Positions 27,751 to 38,432 are shown, numbered from the stretch's first letter. The stretch is DNA of 64,000 bases from an uncultured delta proteobacterium (GCA_963790095.1 CAWBNO010000007.1:15852-79851); one strand, 5' to 3'. Notes: generated by a model from the sequence alone, not told the origin. Program-made: numbers and translations.

Positions 27751-27765
27751 GCAAAGGGCATGCCA
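27751..27765 (-). promoter_or_regulatory. sigma-54 (-24/-12) promoter for the GcvH-like pair
   Basis: Minus strand reads TGGCATGCCCTTTGC, which has exact TGGCAY-N5-TTGC spacing. It sits ~70 nt upstream of start codon 27681. Confidence 0.7.
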
Positions 27766-28369
27766 AACAAAATACAGTGTGGGGATTAAATGGATAACAT
27801 CTTGATATTACAGTTTATTTTGAAAAATAAACAGGGGAAGGCCCGGTTTGGATAGCGGATTTCGAATGTAGGAATCCGCAACAGTTCAATGAGCCCATGG
27901 GGTGATGATGACAGACAAATCGTCTGTATTCCTTTTATTTACAGTTGGTTATAATTGTGTTGGATTTTCCAACAAATAATCTTGAATTTCCCCACCGGCC
28001 GATGGCAGTTCTCAAAAATATGTTCCGATTGAATTGCTTTCTGCCACAATTTCAGTCAGCCCCAGGATGATTCCGTTTCAATCGGGAAGCTGTCTGAGCA
28101 AATTAGAGCGCATTAAAGCGAACAGCAATGCGGTTGTCAAAATAATGATTATCATCATGTTCCCGCCGTGTAGTTTTAACACCTTAGATCTGTTCGCTTG
28201 GAAACGGGATTGTCCTGGGGTTGAAACGCTATGTTATAATCTGTAATTTTTGAACGGATCGACCCAACCAAGAAAACTCTGCGAAGACTCCCAGGGGTTT
28301 GCCCCGGTACTCCAGCTAATTCTAAATAGACCTTATGGATGGATGAATCGGACCCGTGAGAAATCCGGG

Positions 28370-29740
28370 TTAGTCGATTCCATAGGAGTTGAGCTTTCTT
28401 CGAAGGGTGTTCAGGCCGATGCCAAGACGCCTGGCGGCCTTGGATTTGTTTTGGCCGGACAGTTTATAAACCTTGATAATATGGAATCTTTCAACTTGGG
28501 CAAGGGATACCATATCTTCTGCTGCGGACGGGGTCAGACAGTTTGATATCGACTTGGACCTTCTTAATTCGTCGGGGAGAAAATCTGAAGAGATGGACCG
28601 CCCCTGGGCCAGATTTACGGCGGACTGTATGATCGACTTGAGTTCCCGGATGTTTCCGGGATAGTCGTACTCCATGAGCAGGCACATGGCCTCTTCTTCT
28701 ATGGTAAGATTTTTATTAGAGCGGTTATAGTCGTTTAGAAATTTACTCGCCAGAAGTGGTATATCTTCTCTTCTCTCCTTCAAAGGCGGCAGATGAAGCC
28801 ATCCGCCCCTGATTCTGTAATATAAATCTTTTCGGAAAACCTTTTTGGCCATCAGTTTTTCCAGATCTTCGTTGGTGGCGGCAATAAAGCGGACATCGGC
28901 CTTTTGATGGCGACTTTTACCCAGCTTAAAGTATTCTCCATCCTGCAGAACCCGCAGGAGTTTTCCCTGAAGTTCAAGGGGCATGTTGCCGATTTCGTCT
29001 AAAAATACGGTTCCGTGGTCGGTGTATTCCAGATATCCCTTGCGGCCATTTTCAGCACCGGTAAAGGCGCCTTTGGTGTGGCCGAAAAACTCCGCTTCAA
29101 AGAGACTGCCGGTGAGGGAAGCCATGTTGATCGGTGTAAAGGGAAACTTCCCCCGGAGGCTCGCAGCGTGAATGGCCCATGCAAGAAGTTCCTTTCCGGT
29201 TCCGCTCTCACCGGTAATTAACAGCGGAACATCGCTGCCTGCATGGAGCTCCGCTTCTTTGAGAACCCTTAAAACCTTTTGGGATCGGGTGACAATCGGC
29301 TTAAACGGTGCCGGATTTATCAGTTGGGGAAGGGTCGGACTTTTTTCGATATCCAGGATATCGAGCAGCCTTTTTTTCTCAAGTACCCGTTTCATGGAAA
29401 AGGCAAGATCTTCCTGGGAAACGGGCTTGACAAGATAATCATACGCACCTTTTTTTAAACATTCCACGGCAACCCGGGCCTCGTTGACCGCGGTGATCAT
29501 AATACATTCGGTTCTTGGGCTGATGTTCTTGATGGTTTCGAGCACTTCCAGCCCGTTCATCTCGGGCATGGTCATATCGATCAGTGCGATATCGAAAACC
29601 GCTCCTTGTTCAAACAGAGAAACCGCTGTTATGGAATTATCTTCCGTGCGTATATTTTTAAAACCTGAATTCAGAAGATGCGACCTTATGATTTTTAGAA
29701 AATCGAGATCGTCATCGATGATAATTATTTTATTTTCCAT
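28370..29740 (-). CDS. sigma-54-dependent response regulator / enhancer-binding protein
   Basis: Receiver KIIIIDDDLDF...DIALIDMTMPEMNG; AAA+ GESGTGKE; GAFTGA; EAEFFGH; C-terminal HTH AARRLGIGLNTLRRKL. Confidence 0.9.
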   Translation of the reverse strand: MENKIIIIDDDLDFLKIIRSHLLNSGFKNIRTEDNSITAVSLFEQGAVFDIALIDMTMPEMNGLEVLETIKNISPRTECIMITAVNEARVAVECLKKGAYDYLVKPVSQEDLAFSMKRVLEKKRLLDILDIEKSPTLPQLINPAPFKPIVTRSQKVLRVLKEAELHAGSDVPLLITGESGTGKELLAWAIHAASLRGKFPFTPINMASLTGSLFEAEFFGHTKGAFTGAENGRKGYLEYTDHGTVFLDEIGNMPLELQGKLLRVLQDGEYFKLGKSRHQKADVRFIAATNEDLEKLMAKKVFRKDLYYRIRGGWLHLPPLKERREDIPLLASKFLNDYNRSNKNLTIEEEAMCLLMEYDYPGNIRELKSIIQSAVNLAQGRSISSDFLPDELRRSKSISNCLTPSAAEDMVSLAQVERFHIIKVYKLSGQNKSKAARRLGIGLNTLRRKLNSYGID

Positions 29741-29806
29741 CGCGATATTCGAATTTGGGGTTTAAGGTTTTTTCGATTCGGTGTCCCAAAAAGGACCATC
29801 CCAAAA

Positions 29807-29874
29807 TGGCACAAATTTTCATAAAATTGCGGGTTCACCGTCTTTATGTATAGCATGTGTGCCAAATTGGCACA
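29807..29874. promoter_or_regulatory. putative enhancer (UAS): TGGCACA half-site at 29807-29813 and 17-bp palindrome TGTGCCAA-A-TTGGCACA at 29858-29874
   Basis: Read directly. Located 110-175 bp upstream of the sigma-54 promoter at 29982 and 70-130 bp upstream of the activator gene start. Confidence 0.5.
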
Positions 29875-29981
29875 ACAGCCTTTTGAAACAGATGGAAAAA
29901 TTTCCTGCTACAGGAAACCATATCGGTTTATCTACTTCATTTTACAGTGATTTTTTACCATCCGCCCCAATATTTCCATCC

Positions 29982-29996
29982 CGGCACGATTGTTGC
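29982..29996 (+). promoter_or_regulatory. sigma-54 (-24/-12) promoter for the metF/hdr operon
   Basis: CGGCACGATTGTTGC is GGCACG-N4-TTGC with canonical spacing. It faces the operon that starts at 30467. Confidence 0.7.
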
Positions 29997-30038
29997 TCAT
30001 ACGGTATCAGAAGGACATATCGCCCGTTTTTAGATTTA

Positions 30039-30246
30039 GCCGCAGAGGCACGGAGGGCGCAGAGAGCCATTTTAAAGACCTCACCTAGCGAGGAAGATTG
30101 AACCTAAAGCCAAATATTTTAAGCCCAACCACTCATTCAAATAAAGCTTCTGTAACAGCAAGCTTGCTGGAAACTTTCCCCTTTTGCGTGTTCTTTACGC
30201 CAAAGGAAAACCCCGCACATCTCTGCGTCCTCTGAGTCTCTGCGGC
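30039..30246. repeat. 28-nt imperfect inverted repeat pair inside the ~470-nt operon leader
   Basis: GCCGCAGAGGCACGGAGGGCGCAGAGAG (30039-30066) versus ATCTCTGCGTCCTCTGAGTCTCTGCGGC (30219-30246): 23 of 28 positions are complementary. Confidence 0.7.
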
Positions 30247-30466
30247 GGGCAACAACGGAAGTGGTGGAAAATTGCAGCAGAGGAGGGGAAATAACCCTCT
30301 TAAATTGTAAAACAACCGGTTCAAATCCATCATTTCATTACGCCATTATTTCAATTGGGGCGAAGCCCCTAAGTTCTTTTTCCATACGCGTGGCTGCGGT
30401 GGTTAAAATCATGAAGCGATTTTATGATCCGAGCTGCTTTTTCTGAAAAAAATCGGAGGTAGTCGT

Positions 30467-31336
30467 ATGAATTTAAAGCGCAAATTCGATGCAGGGGAAT
30501 TTGCCGTCCTTGCGGAAATGGAACCGCCCAAGGGGGTGGATGTCTCCACAATGCTGTTCAATGCCAAGAGAGTCAAGGGGGAAGTCGACGCCTTTGTCAT
30601 ACCGGAGATGAGTAACGCTGTCATGCGGATGAGTTCCCTAGGCGGTGCCATGATTCTCCAGGGAAAAGGGATGGAGACCGTGATGCAAGTGAACTGCAGA
30701 GATCGAAACCGGATTGCCCTCCAGGCGGATCTTCTGGCAGCCAATGGATGTGGAATCACCAACGTCATGGCGGTCACCGGAGAAGACCCCAGCTTTGGAG
30801 ATCATTTTCAGGCAAGATCAGTATATGACATCGATCTTCTGGAATTGCTCAATGCTATTAAAGGGCTTCAAGACGGAAAGGACATGGCCGGTATCGAGCT
30901 TTCAGGCGCCCCTGAATTCCTGGTGGGGTCCACGGTGGATGCAGGTGCCAAGGGAAAATCTCCCGAGCTGGAGGTGGAGGAGATGACCAAAAAAATTCAA
31001 GCGGGGGTCCAGTTTTTCATCTCACCCCCTTTATTTGACCTTTCCGCCATTCATCCGTTCATGAAACGTGTGGATATTCGGAAAACAAAAATCATCCCAA
31101 CGGTTTTACTTCTCAAATCCCTCGGCATGGCCCGATATATCATGCGGAATGTGGATAACGTTTATATCTCCGATTCACTGATCGACCGCATCCAAAAATC
31201 CCCTGACAAGGTCCGCGAGTGTACCCGGATTGCATCGGAAATGGTCACATCGTTAAAAAAAGAAGGCTTCAGCGGCGTAAACTTGGCAACCCTCGGATGG
31301 GAGCACAAACTCCCTGAGATACTCGAAAGAATATAA
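30467..31336 (+). CDS. methylenetetrahydrofolate reductase-like protein (MetF paralogue 1)
   Basis: [12 protein letters not shown]...[37 protein letters not shown] parallels the second MetF ([35 protein letters not shown]). GGAGG RBS. Confidence 0.75.
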   Translation: MNLKRKFDAGEFAVLAEMEPPKGVDVSTMLFNAKRVKGEVDAFVIPEMSNAVMRMSSLGGAMILQGKGMETVMQVNCRDRNRIALQADLLAANGCGITNVMAVTGEDPSFGDHFQARSVYDIDLLELLNAIKGLQDGKDMAGIELSGAPEFLVGSTVDAGAKGKSPELEVEEMTKKIQAGVQFFISPPLFDLSAIHPFMKRVDIRKTKIIPTVLLLKSLGMARYIMRNVDNVYISDSLIDRIQKSPDKVRECTRIASEMVTSLKKEGFSGVNLATLGWEHKLPEILERI

Positions 31337-31338
31337 GG

Positions 31339-34300
31339 ATGGGAAAAATGGAGCACACAAACAGCCAGAAGAACGACATGCCCACTGAAAAACACGGGAA
31401 AAATCCAATAGGATCGGCCATGGTGGTTGGCAGCGGAATCGCAGGGATGCAGTCCGCCCTCGATCTTGCCAACTCCGGTTATTATGTGTACCTGGTGGAA
31501 AAATCTTCGGCCATCGGCGGACTCATGTCGCAACTCGACAAGACTTTCCCCACCAACGACTGTGCCATGTGAATTATCTCACCGAAACTGGTCGAGGTCG
31601 GCCGGCACCTGAACATAGAGCTTCTGACAAACACCGAACTTTTGGATCTTAACGGCGAAGCAGGACATTTTACGGCCCGGATTCGCCAGGAACCCCGCTT
31701 TATTGACCTTTCAAAGTGTACGAGTTGCGGGGAATGTATCAAGGTCTGTCCCGTAGAGCTTCCCAACGAATACGACGAAGGCCTGTCTGTTAAGAAGGCG
31801 GCTTACAAAAAATACGCCCAGGCCATTCCAGGGGCCTTTGCCATTGAGAAAACAGACCCCGCGCCCTGCCGTATGACCTGCCCTGCCGGACAGAATGTTC
31901 AAGGATATGTTCAGATGGTCAAGGAAGGCAAGTATAAAGAGGCCTTGAAAATAATTATGGAAGATCATCCGTTCCCCGGAGTGCTGGGGCGGATTTGTCC
32001 CCACGAGTGCGAAGATGCGTGCCGTCGATGTGACGTCGATGAACCCATAGCCATCCGGGATCTCAAGCGACTGGCCGCAGATGAGTTTGATCCCCGGGAA
32101 ATCGAGATCGATTGTCTGCCACCCAGAAAAGAGAAGGTGGCCATCATCGGTTCAGGTCCTTCCGGCCTTTCCGCTGCCTATCATTTGGCCCGAAAAGGGG
32201 TGTTGTCCACGGTTTTTGAGGCCTTGCCCGAAGCCGGCGGGATGCTCCGTGTGGGGATCCCTGCCCATCGTCTGCCAAGGGACATTCTGGACCGGGAAAT
32301 CGAGGTGGTTACCAACCTGGGGGTGGAAATTAAGACCAACACCCCTTTGGGTGAGGATTTGACCCTGGATGATCTCTTGAACGATGGGTATCAAGCGGTG
32401 TATCTCGCCCTTGGCGCTCACAAAGGCATTGAACTGGGAATCCCCGGTGAAAAAGCCGGAGGCGTGCGTCAGGGCGTCGATTTCCTAAGAGAAGTCAATC
32501 TCACCGGCAAGGCCGACATCGGCGAAAATGTGACCATCATCGGGGGGGGGAATGTGGCCATCGATGTGGCCAGATCCGCAGTTCGGCTGGGTGCAAAATC
32601 GGTAAAAATCATTTACCGGCGCACCCGTGCAGAGATGCCGGCCTGGGAGGAAGAAATCCAGGCAACCGAGGCAGAGGGAGTTGAAATCACCTATCTTTCC
32701 GCACCCCAAGAGGTGTTGACCCAAGACGGCCGGGTCGTGGGACTCAGATGCATCCGGATGGAGCTGGGTGAACCGGATTCATCCGGCAGAAGACGGCCGG
32801 TTCCCATACCGGGCAGTGAATACGACATCAAGATCGACCAGCTGGTCCCCGCCATCGGTCAGCGCCCGGACCTTTCGGCCATCGAGAATGTGGCGGGCCT
32901 GAACATCTCCCGCTGGGGCACCACCGAAGTCGACGCCGTCACCTATTCAACGGATCGAGACGGTGTTTTTTCCGGGGGCGACTTGCAGACCGGTCCGGGC
33001 ATCGCCATCGCTGCCATCGCAGCCGGTCGCGAAGCCGCCGAATCCATCGTAAGGTACCTCGATCATCAGGATATGGCAAAAGGACGCGAACCCGCAACCC
33101 ATGAGGATCCGGTGTATCGTCCGATTCCCGAAGACGAACCTGAAATCCTTCGGTCAAAAATGCCGGAACTGCCCGTGGAAAAACGGGCAGGCAATTTTAA
33201 AGAAGTGGAACTGGGCTATGACGCAGCGTCCGGTCGGCAAGAAGCCGCACGCTGTTTGAACTGCAGTTACTGTTCGGAGTGCTATCAGTGTGTGGAAGCA
33301 TGTCTGGCAGAGGCTGTGGATCACTGCCAGGTACGGGTGGAAAGGGATATCGATGTGGGCTCCGTGGTGTTGTGCCCCGGAAGCGAGCCCTTCGATCCTT
33401 CGGGTCTGGAACAGTTCTATCATTACAAAAAAAATCCAAACGTGCTGACCAGTCTTGAATTTGAACGGATTCTCAGCGCTTCCGGTCCCACCATGGGACA
33501 TTTGGTCCGGCCTTCGGATGAAAAAGAGCCGAAAAAGATCGCCTGGCTCCAGTGCATCGGCTCCCGGGATACCAACCGATGCGGCAACGGTTACTGCTCT
33601 TCGGTCTGCTGCATGTATGCCATCAAAGACGCCATGATCGCCAAGGAGCATGCCCACGGAGACCTCGATTGTGCCATTTTCAACATGGATATCCGCACCT
33701 TCGGAAAGGACTACGAAAAATACTATCTTCGGGCCAAAGAAAAAGAGAACGTTCGATTTATCAAAGCACGGGTCCATACCATCGATGAGGTGGGGGAACA
33801 GAGAAATCTACGCATTCAGTATGTGAACGAAGCCGGTGAACTGGAAGAAGAGATTTTCGATATGATCGTCCTTTCGGTGGGTCTTCAGATGCCTGAATCC
33901 ACCGCTGATCTGGCCAAACGGTTGGATGTGGACCTTAACAAATACAAGTTTGCCGTTACCGACTCCTTTGCGCCGGTGGAGACTTCCCGACCGGGGGTTT
34001 ATGCCTGCGGCGTGTTTCAGGAACCCAAAGATATTCCGAGTTCCGTCACAGAAGCGAGTGCGGCTGCGTGTCTGGCAGGGGGCCGCCTGAATCAATCCAG
34101 GAACACCCTGACAAAAAGTGTTGAACTTCCCGAAGAAATCGATCTCACCGGTGAGGCGCCGCGAATCGGGGTGTTTGTCTGCAACTGTGGTGTCAACATT
34201 TCGGGTGTCGTCGACGTCGGCATGTTGGAAGAATATGCCAAAACACTTCCCCATGTGGTGCACGCCGGACAGAACCTCTTTACCTGCTCCCAGGATTCCC

Positions 34301-35826
34301 AGGAAGAAATGAAAGAGATCATCAAGGAACACCGGCTCAACCGGATCGTGGTGGCGGCATGCACGCCCAAAACCCACGAGGGAATATTCATGGATACCCT
34401 CGAAGCCTGCGGGATTAACAAATACCTCTTTGAGATGGCCAATATCCGGAATCAGGATTCCTGGGTCCATTCCGATGATCCTGAAAAAGCCTCCGGAAAA
34501 GCCAAACATCTGGTGAAAATGGCGGTGGCCCGCGCCGCCACCCTCCATCCCCTGCACGAAAAGAAAATTCCGGTCATTCAAAGAGCGCTGGTCATCGGTG
34601 GCGGGGTGGCCGGGATGAATGCCGCACTGGGTCTTGCAGACCAGGGGTTCCCTGTGGTTCTGATTGAAAAGGAAGACAAACTGGGGGGCATGGCCAACCG
34701 TCTGACCGCCACCATCGAAGGGGCGGATGTGGGAACGTATCTGAAAGAATTGATCCAAAAGGTGACATCCCATTCCCAAATCCAGGTGCTGACCCGTTCC
34801 CTTATCGTGGGGTTTTCCGGATTCAAAGGAAATTTCACCACCGAAGTTCTGGTGGGACCGGGCATGTATGAAAGAAAGATCGACCACGGCGTCGTTGTGT
34901 TGGCGACAGGTGCAACGGAATACCGCCCCAAAGAGTATCTCTACGGACAGAACGAAAGCGTGGTGACCCAGATCGAACTGGCCCAACGTTTAAAAGAAAA
35001 AGGGGCCGGGGATCTGGACCGGGTGGTCATGATCCAGTGTGTGGGATCGAGAAACGACGATAATCCCAACTGCTCCAGAATTTGCTGCCAGAGCGCCGTA
35101 AAAAATGCCCTTCATATCAAAAAACTTCAGCCGGATGCCCAAATTTTCATCCTTTACCGGGATATCCGGACCTACGGATTTCTGGAAGATTACTATACCG
35201 AAGCCAGAAAACAGGGCGTAATATTTTCCCGATACGATTCTGAAAATCCGCCGACGGTGGAATCGTCGGAAGCGGGTGTGGTGGTTACCTTCAAGGATCA
35301 CATTCTGGGTCGCGACCTCCAGGTCGGAGCCGACCTTCTTGCTTTGAGCGCCGGTATGGTTGCTGAAGATACCGAGGAACTCGCCTCCATCGTCAAGCTG
35401 GCCCGAACCGCAGAAGGTCACTTTATGGAGGCCCATGTGAAGCTCAGGCCTGTCGACATGGCCACCGAAGGAATTTTTGTGTGCGGGACCGCCCACAGTC
35501 CCAAATTGTTGCCCGAATCGATCTCACAGGCGTTTGCCGCAGCCTCCAGGGCCACGACATTTCTGTCCCAGCCACAGTTGACCCTGTCGGCGGTCACGGC
35601 CCAGGTGGAAGAAGACCTTTGTGCCTCATGCCTCATATGCGTCCGCTCCTGCCCTTATCAGGTGCCGAGGATCAACCAAGACGGTGTCAGTGAAATCGAT
35701 GTGGCATTATGTCACGGATGCGGTGTCTGTGCGGCGGAATGCCCGGCCAAGGCCATCGAACTTAGTTGGTATGAAGACGTTCAGATTATGAGCAAAATCG
35801 ACGCGCTCCTTGAGGACGTCCTGTAG
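31339..35826 (+). CDS. hdrA: large HdrA-like flavo-Fe-S fusion protein (two HdrA-type modules plus an inserted GltD/NfnB-like NAD(P)H module), with in-frame UGA read as selenocysteine
   Basis: ORFs 31339-31572 and 31642-35826 are in the same frame, separated only by TGA 31570-31572. The context [18 protein letters not shown] aligns with the HdrA TNDCxxC motif. GltD-like block [11 protein letters not shown]...[21 protein letters not shown]. Second HdrA module [12 protein letters not shown]...[15 protein letters not shown]...CVGSRNDD...CCQSA. C-terminal 2x[4Fe-4S] [12 protein letters not shown] / [12 protein letters not shown]. Confidence 0.8.
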
Positions 35827-35885
35827 GGGTTGCGGATATACAAATAAAATCGCCCAACGTGGATTATGGATTCAAAGGAGGAATT

Positions 35886-36317
35886 ATGAAAGAAGATTTC
35901 GAGCCGATCATCATTGCATTTTGCTGCAGCTACTGAGGTTATACTGCTGCGGACCTGGCGGGGTCCATGCGATTGCAGTACCCTTCTGACATAAAAATCA
36001 TTCTCGTTCCATGCACCGGAAAGGTGGATGTCCTTCATATTCTCCATGCCTTTGAAAAGGGCGCGGATGGCGTATATGCCGTGGGATGTATGGAAGGAGA
36101 TTGTCATTATAACAGCGGCAACCTCAGGGCCCGTAAACGGGTGGAACAGGCCCAAAGCATTCTCGAGACCATCGGCATCGGCGGAGAAAGGGCACAAATG
36201 TACAACCTTTCCTCGAGTGAAGGACCGCGTTTCGCCCAGATTGCCGCTGAGATGGATGAAAAAATCCGAAATTTGGGGCCCAATCCGATTAAGCTGGCCA
36301 AAAAAAAGGCTGCGTAA
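35886..36317 (+). CDS. mvhD: MvhD-type (methyl-viologen-reducing hydrogenase delta subunit-like) protein with in-frame UGA (selenocysteine)
   Basis: Own translation from ATG 35886: MKEDFEPIIIAFCCSY-U-GYTAADLAGSMRLQYPSDIKIILVPCTGKVDVLHILHAFEKGADGVYAVGCMEGDCHY. TGA at 35934-35936 aligns with the conserved Cys of the CxWCxY motif. Same frame as the listed ORF 35967-36317. Confidence 0.8.
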
Positions 36318-36360
36318 AACCATTGGGAAAATATTCAATCTTCAATGAAAGAGAGGTCTT

Positions 36361-37029
36361 ATGATTGTCGCAGACAGAAAGCCGATCGAAGAGATCATAG
36401 AGGAGATCAAAGAACATGAAAAAATCCTCATCCTCGGTTGTAACGAATGCGTCACGGTCTGTGAGGCAGGGGGAAAGAAAGAAGTCGGTGTTCTGGCTTC
36501 GGCCCTTAGGATGTATTTCCTAAATCAGGGGCGCGAAGTTAAAATAGATGAAATAACTTTGGAACGGCAGTGCGATCATGAATATCTCGAAGAGATCCGT
36601 GATTCGATGGATCAATATGATGCTGTTGTTTCCATTGCGTGCGGAGTGGGTGTTCAGTTCATGGCCGAAAAATATCATACCACGCCGGTCTATCCCGGTG
36701 TGAACACCTGTTTTTTAGGGGTCACCGAAAAACGAGGGTTGTGGACGGAAAGGTGCCAGGCCTGCGGACAATGTATCCTGGCACGTACCGGAGGAATCTG
36801 TCCGGTCTCCCGCTGCGCAAAGCGAATCCTCAACGGCCCGTGTGGCGGTTCCACCCAGGGCAGCTGTGAAATCAACAAGGAAATCGACTGTGCCTGGCAG
36901 CTGATTATCGACCGTCTTAAGGCACTGAACCGGCTCGACGATTATGAACAAATCGACCCCATAAAAGACTGGTCCACGGACAGGGCCGGAGGACCCAGAA
37001 AAGTTGAAAGGGAGGATGTGCAGCAATGA
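36361..37029 (+). CDS. metV: MetV-type protein (methylene-THF reductase C-terminal-domain / zinc-ribbon subunit)
   Basis: ILGCNECVTVCEAGG ... CQACGQCILARTGGICPVSRCAKRILNGPCGGS; LNGPCGG is the hallmark motif. Confidence 0.8.
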   Translation: MIVADRKPIEEIIEEIKEHEKILILGCNECVTVCEAGGKKEVGVLASALRMYFLNQGREVKIDEITLERQCDHEYLEEIRDSMDQYDAVVSIACGVGVQFMAEKYHTTPVYPGVNTCFLGVTEKRGLWTERCQACGQCILARTGGICPVSRCAKRILNGPCGGSTQGSCEINKEIDCAWQLIIDRLKALNRLDDYEQIDPIKDWSTDRAGGPRKVEREDVQQ

Positions 37030-37958
37030 AAGTAAAGACACCCAGCAAACTGGAAAAGATTCTGGCCGCCGGTCACCTTGCTGTTACCTCCGAGTGCGGC
37101 CCCCCCAGGGGGAGCGATCCCGAGGTGATTGTTGAAAAGGCCAACCTGATCAAGGATCATGTGGACGCCATCAATATTACGGACAATCAGACCTCCGTGA
37201 CTCGAATGTGCAGCCTGGCGGCCTGTATAAAACTAAAGCTCATGGGACTTGAACCGGTACTACAGATGGTGACCCGGGATCGGAATCGCATCGCTTTGCA
37301 GAGCGACATTCTTGGAGCGGCGGCCTTCGACATACACAACATTCTCTGTCTTTCCGGAGATCACCAGAGCTTCGGAGACTGCCCGACGGGTCAGAATGTT
37401 CATGATATCGACTCCATTCAGTTGATTCAAACCGTCCGGCATATGCGGGACGATGGCAAGTTTCTGGGAGGAGACGATATTTCCCGGCCGCCAAAAATGT
37501 TTGTCGGCGCTGCGGCAAATCCATTTGCAGACCCATTTGAAATCCGTGTTCCCCGCCTGGCAAAAAAAATTGCCGCCGGGGTGGAGTTTATTCAAACCCA
37601 ATGTATCTATGATCTCGACAAGTTCGAGCTCTGGATGAAAATGGCCGGCGACCGGGGGCTCCTTGAAAACGTCAGTATTCTGGCAGGGGTAACCCCGTTT
37701 AAATCGGTGGGCATGGCCCGGTACATGAAAAACCGGGTGCCGGGAATCGAAGTCCCGGAGGAGATGGTAAAAAGAATGGCAGATACCCCCAAGGAAAAGC
37801 AACCCGAGGAGGGAATCAAGATCTGTATCGAGTCGATGCAGCGCCTAAAAGAGGTGGAAGGCGTTCGTGGATTTCATGTCATGGCCATTGAATGGGAAGA
37901 AATGGTCCCACAAATTGTAGAAAAAACCGGCCTGTATCCAAGGCCGAGCGTGGATTGA
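37026..37958 (+). CDS. metF: methylenetetrahydrofolate reductase
   Basis: VTSECGPPRGSDPE...INITDNQTS...[40 protein letters not shown] overlap with metV. Confidence 0.85.
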   Translation: MKVKTPSKLEKILAAGHLAVTSECGPPRGSDPEVIVEKANLIKDHVDAINITDNQTSVTRMCSLAACIKLKLMGLEPVLQMVTRDRNRIALQSDILGAAAFDIHNILCLSGDHQSFGDCPTGQNVHDIDSIQLIQTVRHMRDDGKFLGGDDISRPPKMFVGAAANPFADPFEIRVPRLAKKIAAGVEFIQTQCIYDLDKFELWMKMAGDRGLLENVSILAGVTPFKSVGMARYMKNRVPGIEVPEEMVKRMADTPKEKQPEEGIKICIESMQRLKEVEGVRGFHVMAIEWEEMVPQIVEKTGLYPRPSVD

Positions 37959-38045
37959 TTCCGGGTTTGTTTTTTTGGACCGAAGATCCGGCGCCAAAAG
38001 CTATAAACGGAATTAAGATCCGGAATTAAAAAAAGGAGGCTAATT

Positions 38046-38432
38046 ATGAGTGAAAAAAAGAGAATTCTCGTGGTCGACGATGAGCCTGATTTCTGTTCGA
38101 TCGTTCAAGGGCAGTTGGAAAAAGAAGGCTTTGAAGTTGAGGTGGCGTACAACGGTGTTGAAGGTCTGGAAAAAGTCCATGCAAGTCCGCCGGACGCCAT
38201 TGTCCTGGATGTCATGATGCCTGAAATGGACGGATACGAAGTGTGTAAGAAGCTCAAAGCCGATGAAAAGTGTGTCGACATTCCCATTATTCTGTTGACC
38301 GCCGTGGCATCCCATGTCACTTCCACCCGCTATTCCCATCGGGACGGGATGAGCACCGAAGCGGATGACTATATCGCAAAGCCGGCCTCGGCAGAAGAAA
38401 TATCGGCAAGTATCAAACGGCTTCTCGGCTAG
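38046..38432 (+). CDS. single-domain response regulator embedded in the redox operon
   Basis: KRILVVDDEPDF...DAIVLDVMMPEMDG...ILLTA...DDYIAKP. GGAGG RBS. Confidence 0.85.
   Translation: MSEKKRILVVDDEPDFCSIVQGQLEKEGFEVEVAYNGVEGLEKVHASPPDAIVLDVMMPEMDGYEVCKKLKADEKCVDIPIILLTAVASHVTSTRYSHRDGMSTEADDYIAKPASAEEISASIKRLLG

Noticed and set aside
29807-29822. TGGCACAAATTTTCAT as a sigma-54 promoter.
   Set aside because: The -12 element lacks the GC dinucleotide (TTCA instead of TTGC). I interpret it as an enhancer half-site related to the palindrome at 29858-29874.
30312-30330. tRNA T-loop-like GGTTCAAATCC.
   Set aside because: The flanking bases cannot form a T-stem or acceptor stem, and there is no cloverleaf.
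33154-34986. Long minus-strand ORFs (207 and 392 aa) inside the hdrA-like gene.
   Set aside because: They are antisense shadows of a strongly supported plus-strand CDS, with low-complexity Gly/His/Arg-rich translations and no motifs.
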